64,000 nt of DNA from an uncultured Clostridia bacterium (GTDB lineage Bacteria > Bacillota > Clostridia > Christensenellales > UBA1242), in contig CAKVOE010000003.1 of assembly GCA_934778215.1 (NCBI GenBank), forward strand, positions 6,758-70,757, in the 5' to 3' direction. How positions within the stretch are numbered: the stretch's first letter is position 1; every line of letters starts with the position of its first letter. Made by a program: the position numbers and the translations under genes. This document shows, in pieces, positions 9,992-16,366 of the stretch. Under the pieces are notes generated by a model. That model worked only from the letters and a program-made list of their open reading frames with translations. It had not been told where the DNA came from and made no database searches.

Positions 9992-10068
9992 GGCGGTGTA
10001 GCTCAGTTGGCTAGAGCGTCCGGTTCATACCCGGCAGGTCAATGGTTCGAATCCGTTCACCGCTACCA
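9992..10068 (+). tRNA. tRNA-Met (CAT), elongator type
   Basis: GGCGGTGTAGCTCAGTTGGCTAGAGC...CCGGTTCATACCCGG...GGTTCGAATCC...CCGCTACCA. The cloverleaf was read by eye. The sequence closely resembles Bacillus elongator tRNA-Met. CCA is encoded. Confidence 0.9.
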
Positions 10069-10082
10069 CACAATTTTACCAC

Positions 10083-10157
10083 GGCCCCGTGGTCAAGAGG
10101 TTAAGACATCGCCCTTTCACGGCGGTATCATGGGTTCGATTCCCGTCGGGGTCACCA
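10083..10157 (+). tRNA. tRNA-Glu (TTC)
   Basis: GGCCCCGTGGTCAAGAGGTTAAGACATCGCCCTTTCACGGCGGTATCATGGGTTCGATTCCCGTCGGGGTCACCA. Anticodon loop is CTTTCAC. CCA is encoded. Confidence 0.9.
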
Positions 10158-10160
10158 AAA

Positions 10161-10193
10161 AATTCCTAACTACTTAGTAGTTAGGAATTTTTT
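10161..10193 (+). terminator. Intrinsic terminator after tRNA pair
   Basis: AATTCCTAACTA/CTTAG/TAGTTAGGAATT forms a perfect 12-bp stem followed by TTTT. Confidence 0.8.
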
Positions 10194-10320
10194 ATGAAAT
10201 AAAAACCACCAGCCGTGCTGTTGAGAAACAAAGAGCTTAAGCTATGCATAAATAAAAAATCCCTCCTAAGTTAAAATAGTGTTGCGGACACAAATAATTA
10301 ACAGGAGAAATTTTTTGTTC

Positions 10321-10506
10321 ATGAACAAAAGTAGTATAACACATACAAACCGGAATTGCAAATATCATATAGTATTTGTGCCAAAGTATAGAAGAAAAGC
10401 AATATATGGGGAATTAAAAAAGTTGTCGTTTTTCCACCACTCGGAGAAGACATTAAGTTTATCAAAAATCATTCCATTTAAACTCGCAGACACAATCGAA
10501 AAATAA
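10321..10506 (+). pseudogene. IS200/IS605-family TnpA (Y1/HUH transposase) N-terminal remnant
   Basis: MNKSSITHTNRNCKYHIVFVPKYRRKAIYGELKK matches the conserved TnpA_IS200 N-terminus (SLxHTxWNCKYHIVFxPKYRR). After about residue 34 (about nt 10422) the similarity is lost. The HUH motif and catalytic Tyr are absent. Confidence 0.6.
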
Positions 10507-10521
10507 CATCTTAAATTTTGC

Positions 10522-10565
10522 AAAAAAAGATAGAAGCCAAGTAACACCGCTCTTCACTTCTATCT
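10522..10565 (-). terminator. Intrinsic terminator after gatB (hairpin is bidirectional)
   Basis: AGATAGAAG...CTTCTATCT stem flanked by an A-run and a T-run, 6 nt downstream of the gatB stop. Confidence 0.6.
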
Positions 10566-10570
10566 TTTTT

Positions 10571-11977
10571 TTAAAACATTTTTTGTATCAATTCTTTAAC
10601 TGTTTGACCATCAGCTTTGCCTTGTGTGTTTTTCATTACATAGCCAATGATAAACGATTGAACTTTGGGGTCGGTTTTGAAATCTTCAACCGCCTTTGGA
10701 TTTTCTTGCTTAAATCTATTCAAAAACTCAATAATCTGTGCTTCGGTTATTGTTGAAATCAAATTGAGCTCTTTTGCCAAAATTTCTGCAGAATTGTGTG
10801 TTTTTTCAATTTCATCAATCAAGATTATTCCATTTGCTTTGGTAATTTTTTTATCTTCAACCATTTTCACAATGTCGGCAAGATCTTGCTCTGAAATTGA
10901 AAATTTTGAACTTCCTGTTTCTTTAATTCTTCTCAAAAATTCAGTTAGAATCCAGTTTGAAATCTTTTTTGGATTGTTGTAAATTTTAACACAAGTTTCA
11001 AAATAATCTGAAATATATCTATCTGTGGTAAGAAGTTCCGCTTCGGATTGAGACAACATAAACTCTTGCATATATTTTTTGCGTCTTTCATTTGGAAGCA
11101 CTGGAATTTGCTTTTTTAATTCTTCAACATCAGCCATGGAAATTTTTATTGGCAAAATATCTGGGTCTGGAAAATAGCGGTAATCTTGTGTTTCTTCTTT
11201 TGAGCGAAGTGCAAAGTTTTCACCCAAGTCGTCATTCCATTTTCTTGTTTCTTGAAAAACCACACCGCCATTAGAAAGGATTTCTTTTTGTCTTTGAATT
11301 TCAAAAGCAATTGCGGATGAAATACTTTTAAATGAGTTAAGGTTTTTCATTTCAGTTCTTGTACCAAACTTTGTTGAACCCTTTGGTTTCAACGAAAGGT
11401 TGACATCGCAACGCATTCCGCCTTCTTCCATTTTGCAGTTTGCAATATCGGCAAACACCAACGCTTCCCTAATTTTTCTCAAAAACTCGCAAACTTCTTC
11501 AGCATTTGAGAACACTGGTTCAGTTACAATTTCAATAAGCGGAGTTCCGCCACGATTATAATCAACCAAAGTCCCAACCATTTTTGAAATATGATTTAAT
11601 TTTCCAGCATCTTCTTCCAAGTGAATTCTGTTAAGCGCCTTAAATTCGCCATTATCAAGAGTGATACCGCCACCCAAACAAATTGGGTGAGCAAGTTGAG
11701 AAATCTGATATGCTTTTGATAGGTCAGGATAGAAATAGTTTTTTCTTTCCATAACAGCATAGTCATTTATTTTGCAACCAAAGCACAGACCTGCTTTTAT
11801 GCAAAGTTCAACGGCTTTTTTGTTTATAATTGGAAGCGCCCCCGGCATACCTGTGCAAACAGGACAAGTGTTTGAGTTTGGCTCTGCACCAAACTCATTC
11901 TTGCACGAGCAAAAAACTTTTGTCTTGGTTTTGAGTTCTGCATGAATTTCGAGACCAATAACAACATCAAAATCCAT
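10571..11977 (-). CDS. gatB: Asp/Glu-tRNA(Asn/Gln) amidotransferase subunit B
   Basis: 468 aa with CPVCTGMPGALP motif and a C-terminal YqeY-like tail. Follows gatA directly. Confidence 0.95.
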   Translation of the reverse strand: MDFDVVIGLEIHAELKTKTKVFCSCKNEFGAEPNSNTCPVCTGMPGALPIINKKAVELCIKAGLCFGCKINDYAVMERKNYFYPDLSKAYQISQLAHPICLGGGITLDNGEFKALNRIHLEEDAGKLNHISKMVGTLVDYNRGGTPLIEIVTEPVFSNAEEVCEFLRKIREALVFADIANCKMEEGGMRCDVNLSLKPKGSTKFGTRTEMKNLNSFKSISSAIAFEIQRQKEILSNGGVVFQETRKWNDDLGENFALRSKEETQDYRYFPDPDILPIKISMADVEELKKQIPVLPNERRKKYMQEFMLSQSEAELLTTDRYISDYFETCVKIYNNPKKISNWILTEFLRRIKETGSSKFSISEQDLADIVKMVEDKKITKANGIILIDEIEKTHNSAEILAKELNLISTITEAQIIEFLNRFKQENPKAVEDFKTDPKVQSFIIGYVMKNTQGKADGQTVKELIQKMF

Positions 11978-13393
11978 TTACTTGTCCCCCTTTAAAATAA
12001 TCTTTGAAACATCATAAAGCACCTTTTCGCTTTTTTCTCTGCCAATAATCTGAAGTCCCAATGGTAATCCCGACTCGCTTGTTGCATAAGGTATACTGAT
12101 TGCAGGCATACCAGCAATTGAAGCAGGAACCGTGAACAAATCTTCAAGATACATACTGATTGGGTCTTGCGATTTTTCGCCAATCTTGAAAGCAACATCT
12201 GGTGTTGTTGGCAAAACAATTGCGTCACAGTCGTCAAAAGTTTGCATAAATTCATTTTTTAAAAGTCTTTGAAGTTTCTTTGCTTTTGTGTAGTAAGCAT
12301 CAAAATATCCGCTTGAAAGCACAAAGTTGCCAAGCATTATCCTGCGCTTAACTTCATCACCAAAACCTTCACTTCTGCTCTTTACATAAATTTCATCAAT
12401 TGTTTTTGCATCTTCACTTCTTGTTGCATATTTAACACTGTCAAACCTTGAAAGATTGCTTGCGGCTTCTGCCGGCGTCAATATGTAATAACAAGCTAAA
12501 CTATTTAAAATGTGTGGCACACTAACTTCAACAATTTTGTGTCCTTTGATTTTTAAATCTTTCAGCATTGCCTCATACTTTGGAAACTGTTCAAGTGTTT
12601 TCAATTTTTCAATAATCTCTTTGCAAACACCAATCTTATATGTTTGTTTTAGCATTTTTTCGCCAAGATCACTTTTGATTGATGTTTGATCTTTTTCATC
12701 TTTTCCTGCCAAAATTTCAAGAGCATATTCATTATCTTCAACAGTTCTTGTAATTGGCCCAGCTTGATCGGTTGATGAAGCAAAGGCAACAATGCCATAT
12801 CTTGAAACAGTGCCATAAGTTGGTTTGATTCCAACCACACCATTAAACGAACTTGGCTGTCTGATTGACCCACCAGTGTCCGTGCCGAGTGCCATAGGAC
12901 AAAGTCCCAATGCTACTGCAACAGCACTGCCACCAGACGAACCACCGGCAACGCACGATTCGTCATAAGCGTTTAAAGTTGCGCCATAAACACTTTTTTC
13001 GCAACTGCCACCCATTGCAAACTCGTCCATATTGCTTCTAGCTAAAATAACTGCGCCTTCATTTTTGAGTTTTGTGATGATTGTTGCATCATAAGGAGAC
13101 ACAAAATCTTTCAAAAATTTGCTAGCACAACTCATGTGTTTGCCCTTGCACAAAATGTTATCCTTTATAACAACAGGAACTCCTGCAAGCTTGCCCAATT
13201 TTTCGCCAGCCTTTGCTTTTGCGTCAATGGCTTTCGCTTGCTCTATCGCATCATCAAAAACCTCAATAATTGCATTATATTCTTTGTATTCTTCTATTCT
13301 TTTAACAAAGAACCGAACGAGCTCTTCACTTGAAAACTTACCAGTCTTAACCCCGTCTGATAATTCTTTTAAACTTAGCTTTAAATAATCCAT
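11978..13393 (-). CDS. gatA: Asp/Glu-tRNA(Asn/Gln) amidotransferase subunit A
   Basis: Amidase signature GGSSGGSA. I prefer ATG at 13393, which overlaps the gatC stop as TAATG, over the longer ORF-track start at 13423. Confidence 0.95.
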   Translation of the reverse strand: MDYLKLSLKELSDGVKTGKFSSEELVRFFVKRIEEYKEYNAIIEVFDDAIEQAKAIDAKAKAGEKLGKLAGVPVVIKDNILCKGKHMSCASKFLKDFVSPYDATIITKLKNEGAVILARSNMDEFAMGGSCEKSVYGATLNAYDESCVAGGSSGGSAVAVALGLCPMALGTDTGGSIRQPSSFNGVVGIKPTYGTVSRYGIVAFASSTDQAGPITRTVEDNEYALEILAGKDEKDQTSIKSDLGEKMLKQTYKIGVCKEIIEKLKTLEQFPKYEAMLKDLKIKGHKIVEVSVPHILNSLACYYILTPAEAASNLSRFDSVKYATRSEDAKTIDEIYVKSRSEGFGDEVKRRIMLGNFVLSSGYFDAYYTKAKKLQRLLKNEFMQTFDDCDAIVLPTTPDVAFKIGEKSQDPISMYLEDLFTVPASIAGMPAISIPYATSESGLPLGLQIIGREKSEKVLYDVSKIILKGDK

Positions 13394-13662
13394 TAGTCCA
13401 CCACCAATGGCACTTGATAGCACCCGTCTTTTTGTTTTGGGGCGTTTGATAAAGCATCAAAGTCGGTTTTGAATTGTTGCTCATCTTCTCGAAGGCTCGA
13501 AATCTTCACACCTTCGACCTTGATGTCTTCTGGAAGCTCAAGTTTTGTGATTTCATCAACAAAGTTTAAAATGTTCATAAAATCTTTTTTGAACGCATCT
13601 TTTTTGCTTTCAGCAATCTCAATCTTGCTTAAGTCTTGCAAATGTTCGAAATCTATTTCCAT
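13393..13662 (-). CDS. gatC: Asp/Glu-tRNA(Asn/Gln) amidotransferase subunit C
   Basis: 89 aa acidic GatC-like protein, 12 nt downstream of aspS, with GGTGG SD. Confidence 0.85.
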   Translation of the reverse strand: MEIDFEHLQDLSKIEIAESKKDAFKKDFMNILNFVDEITKLELPEDIKVEGVKISSLREDEQQFKTDFDALSNAPKQKDGCYQVPLVVD

Positions 13663-13674
13663 AATACCACCTAA

Positions 13675-15408
13675 CTATCTTAATTTTATATGAACTTCAC
13701 GAAGTTGTTCTTCTGTGACATCACCAGGTGCACCCATCATCAAGTCTTGAGCTTTGCTATTCATTGGGAAAGCAATAACTTCACGAATGTTTGACTCGTC
13801 TAAAAGAAGCATCAAAATTCTATCAATACCTGGCGCAACGCCTGCATGTGGTGGCGCACCATATTGAAACGCTGTGTAAAGCGCACCGAATTTCTTTTCA
13901 ACATCTTCTTCTGAATATCCAGCAATTTCAAAAGCTTTAATCATTGTTTCAACTTCTGCGTTTCTAACCGCACCACTCGAAAGTTCAACACCGTTCAAAA
14001 CGATATCATATTGATAAGCCAAAATATCAAGCGGATCTTTTTCTTGAAGTGCTTTCAAACCACCTTGTGGAAGGCTGAATGGGTTGTGACAAAAATCAAT
14101 CTTGCCAGTTTCTTCGTTGATTTCATACATTGGGAAATCAACAATCCAACAGAATTTGTATTGATCTTTTTCAATAAGCCCCAAAGCTTCGCCAACCTCT
14201 GCTCTTAAAATTGAAGCAAGTTTATAGCAAAGTTTTGAGCTTTCGTCAGCAACAACAAAAATGTCATCACCAACTCTTGCACCTGTCTTTTGTTTTAATG
14301 CTTCACATTCTTCATCAGAAATAAACTTGACGATTGGTCCTTTGAGTGAGCCGTCTTCCAAAACTCTAACCCACGCCAAACCTTTTCCGCCAGCAGATAT
14401 AATTTCATCTGAAAGCTTATCAAAAAAGCTTCTTGGCTGACTTTCAGCACAAACAGCAAACCCTTCAATTGTTTTACCCCTAAATGCTTCAAATTCGGTT
14501 GATTTAAACACATCGGATAGATCAACCATTTCAATCTTGTTTCTTAAATCTGGCTTATCTGTTCCGTATTTAATCAATGCTTCTTTGTAAGGGATTTTCA
14601 CAAAATGTCTGTCTGGCATTTCGTATTTTCCAAACTTTTTAAAAATTCTATACAGCAAGTCTTCGCAAACGGCAAACACATCTTCTTGCGTTGCAAAAGC
14701 CATTTCCATGTCAAGCTGATAAAACTCGCCAGGTGAACGGTCTGCTCTTGCATCTTCGTCTCTAAAGCATGGAGCGATTTGAAAATATTTATCCACGCCC
14801 GAACACATCAAAAGTTGTTTAAATTGTTGTGGAGCTTGTGGAAGTGCATAAAACTTGCCCTTATAAACCCTGCTTGGAACAAGATAATCTCTTGCACCTT
14901 CTGGGCTTGAAACTGTCAAGATTGGCGTTTGAATTTCTTCAAAACCAAATTCACGCATAATACATCTCATTTCAAACAAAACATCACTGCGAAGTTTGAG
15001 TTTTGCCTGCATCTCTGGATTTCTTAGGTCAAGATAACGAAACTTAAGCCTTGTTTCTTCGCTTGTTTTCTTGCTTTCGTCAATTTCAAAAGGCAAAATA
15101 TGTTTTGCTCTTGACAAAACTTCAAGTTTGTCAATTGCAATTTCAATTTTTCCTGATTTAATTTTTGGGTTAATGTTTTCATTACCACGAAATACAACCT
15201 CCCCGATGACTGATATTACACTTTCTCTTGAAAGTGATGTCAATAAACTATCATCATGAGTGGTGAGCTGAACCAAACCATACATATCTCTTAATTCTAT
15301 AAAAACGATGCCGCCATGGTCTCTAATTGCGCTAACCCAGCCGGCAACTTGAACTTGTTTTCCGATTAAACTTTCATCAATCTCTTTGCTTGTAATTGTT
15401 CTATACAT
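13675..15408 (-). CDS. aspS: Aspartate--tRNA ligase (bacterial type; probably non-discriminating given linkage to gatCAB)
   Basis: Class II aaRS with FRDEDARADR (motif 2) and GVAPGIDRILML (motif 3). The true start is MYRTITSKEI at 15408 with AGGAG SD. The ORF-track extension to 15615 runs through the leader region. Confidence 0.95.
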   Translation of the reverse strand: MYRTITSKEIDESLIGKQVQVAGWVSAIRDHGGIVFIELRDMYGLVQLTTHDDSLLTSLSRESVISVIGEVVFRGNENINPKIKSGKIEIAIDKLEVLSRAKHILPFEIDESKKTSEETRLKFRYLDLRNPEMQAKLKLRSDVLFEMRCIMREFGFEEIQTPILTVSSPEGARDYLVPSRVYKGKFYALPQAPQQFKQLLMCSGVDKYFQIAPCFRDEDARADRSPGEFYQLDMEMAFATQEDVFAVCEDLLYRIFKKFGKYEMPDRHFVKIPYKEALIKYGTDKPDLRNKIEMVDLSDVFKSTEFEAFRGKTIEGFAVCAESQPRSFFDKLSDEIISAGGKGLAWVRVLEDGSLKGPIVKFISDEECEALKQKTGARVGDDIFVVADESSKLCYKLASILRAEVGEALGLIEKDQYKFCWIVDFPMYEINEETGKIDFCHNPFSLPQGGLKALQEKDPLDILAYQYDIVLNGVELSSGAVRNAEVETMIKAFEIAGYSEEDVEKKFGALYTAFQYGAPPHAGVAPGIDRILMLLLDESNIREVIAFPMNSKAQDLMMGAPGDVTEEQLREVHIKLR

Positions 15409-15449
15409 AATAACTCCTAACTTACTAATAACATTAGTAATACATCTAT

Positions 15450-15478
15450 AATATAAATTTTTACTGGATCTTTTGCAA
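15450..15478 (-). promoter_or_regulatory. Possible internal promoter proximal to aspS
   Basis: TTGCAA (15478-15473), 17 nt spacer, TATATT (15455-15450). AT-rich context makes this weak evidence. Confidence 0.3.
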
Positions 15479-15582
15479 ACCTTTCCAGCAAGGTCTTGAT
15501 TATTTAATAAAACTCTCGCCCAACTGGGCGTCAGTTTTAAGTTTTTGTGTGATTTCCATGATAGACTCCTAAAAATGGTAAT

Positions 15583-15616
15583 AAAAAAAATGGAATAGGT
15601 TTTTCCCTCTTCCATT
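15583..15616 (-). terminator. Intrinsic terminator of the aspS leader (attenuator segments 3:4)
   Basis: AATGGAAGAGG/GAAAAA/CCTATTCCATT pairs at 10 of 11 positions, followed by T-run to 15583. Confidence 0.65.
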
Positions 15617-15640
15617 AGTATTTCTAATTTCCTTGATTAT

Positions 15641-15727
15641 TTAACAAACAATAGAAAAGGGACGCATTAAATATAATGTGTTATCATCATTATTGTTGTC
15701 ATTATTGATCAAACAAACTCTAATCAT
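15641..15727 (-). CDS. Leader peptide, 28 aa, Asn/Asp-rich (MIRVCLINNDNNNDDNTLYLMRPFSIVC)
   Basis: ATG at 15727 with AAGGGGA SD 6 nt upstream. Codons 8-16 are AAT AAT GAC AAC AAT AAT GAT GAT AAC. TAA at 15643-15641. The ORF is too short for the ORF track and was found by reading the minus strand. Confidence 0.6.
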   Translation of the reverse strand: MIRVCLINNDNNNDDNTLYLMRPFSIVC

Positions 15728-15756
15728 AATATTTCCCCTTTCAAAATTATGTTGCC

Positions 15757-15785
15757 ATTTTATCATAAATTTATGCACTTGTCAA
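15757..15785 (-). promoter_or_regulatory. Sigma-A-type promoter of the aspS-gatCAB leader
   Basis: TTGACA (15785-15780), 17 nt spacer, TAAAAT (15762-15757). Confidence 0.65.
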
Positions 15786-15836
15786 GTCCATTCGCCCGAA
15801 TTTAAACCTTTTGTTTTTCCCGTTTCATATTTTCTC

Positions 15837-15889
15837 ATTATTTGAATTTTAGATTTCCCCACTCCATGTCTTTAAATTATTTGAATTTT
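15837..15889. repeat. Two perfect 14-bp direct repeats ATTATTTGAATTTT (39-bp period)
   Basis: Copies at 15837-15850 and 15876-15889, 50-105 bp upstream of the leader promoter -35. A partial third copy, TTATTTGAATT, lies near 16207-16220. Confidence 0.8.
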
Positions 15890-15981
15890 CTGCTCTCACT
15901 GCTCCACTTCTTTTCATTAACCTTTTAAACATTTTGCATAAAAACAAGCCCATTTTCTTTAGTCAAAATATACAAAGCATC

Positions 15982-16010
15982 TTAACTTTTTCTCTAAATC
16001 GTGATATAAT
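15982..16010 (+). promoter_or_regulatory. Candidate promoter with extended -10
   Basis: TTAACT (15982-15987), 17 nt spacer, TATAAT (16005-16010), preceded by TGa to give TGnTATAAT. Confidence 0.45.
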
Positions 16011-16016
16011 ATTATT

Positions 16017-16195
16017 ACAAATATTCGTCCATTCCGTTTGTTTGAGTTGGAAGATTAAGTTTTTAAAAATGACAAAACTAATACACCGATGATTTAGCTA
16101 TATGTTATTAAAGTGACACTTTAAGGTTTCCGCAAGTATCACAACTTTGTCCGCACCTAAAAAACCCCACCTTTTAGGTGGGGATATTTATTTTT
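16017..16195 (+). ncRNA. Candidate ~180-nt small RNA (unknown family)
   Basis: Bounded by the promoter above and by hairpin CCCCACC/TTTTA/GGTGGGG (16165-16183) plus a T-rich tail. It holds no ORF longer than 7 codons. Internal hairpin TAAAGT/GAC/ACTTTA. The terminal hairpin also serves the convergent GH13 gene, so the call is tentative. Confidence 0.3.
16159..16183 (-). terminator. Intrinsic terminator downstream of GH13 gene (bidirectional hairpin)
   Basis: Minus strand CCCCACC/TAAAA/GGTGGGG is followed directly by TTTTTT. Confidence 0.7.
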
Positions 16196-16366
16196 ATCTA
16201 AAATTGTTTTATTTGAATTATTTACAAAAACTTTTAATGGCTTTTTGGTTTTTAATAAAAATTTATACAATATTTAGTACTTGCTTTTTGTAAAATTTTT
16301 AATATTTTTATTAAAATTTTGATAGCGTTAAAAAACAAAAGAATATATAATAATTTATTTTTACCT

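Noticed and set aside
10283-10292. Recurring TGCGGACA octamer (also at about 16150 on the minus strand and 59329-59336), considered as an IS200-family end or shared regulatory motif
   Set aside because: The flanks show no similarity beyond the octamer. Three or four hits for an 8-mer in 128 kb of two-strand sequence is close to chance expectation. Only the local tandem repeat at 59315-59347 is kept as a finding.
10365-10547. 60-aa minus-strand ORF opposite the IS200 TnpA stub
   Set aside because: It is short, antisense to the recognisable TnpA fragment, and has no SD or motif.
11992-12873. Same-strand alternative-frame ORFs inside gatA (11992-12255, 12649-12873), similar internal ORFs in aspS (14295-14534), and the numerous antisense ORFs of 60-160 aa inside ddl, murF, pheT, clpC, sbcC, polA, the ABC genes and others
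   Set aside because: All are nested in genes with strong family signatures. They are explained by codon-position bias in AT-rich coding DNA and are not reported as features.
15409-15615. 69-codon N-terminal extension of the aspS ORF in the six-frame track (start at 15615)
   Set aside because: The extension (MEEGKTYSIFFITIF...) has no similarity to AspRS and runs through the leader terminator and U tract. A canonical ATG with AGGAG SD at 15408 begins the conserved MYRTITSKEI... N-terminus.
15409-15800. Expected T-box riboswitch upstream of aspS (and upstream of pheS at 21528-21537)
   Set aside because: I looked on the minus strand for the T-box sequence (AAnnnGGGTGGTACCGCG-like), the AG bulge, GNUGGA-type stem I motifs and a GAC or AAC specifier context, and found none. 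The pheS upstream gap is only 10 nt. A covariance-model scan would be the decisive test.
15786-15980. 34-codon minus-strand ORF (MGLFLCKMFKRLMKRSGAVRAENSNNLKTWSGEI) in the long spacer upstream of the leader promoter
   Set aside because: It has no convincing SD, spans the 14-bp direct repeats, and has no recognisable features. It is more likely non-coding.
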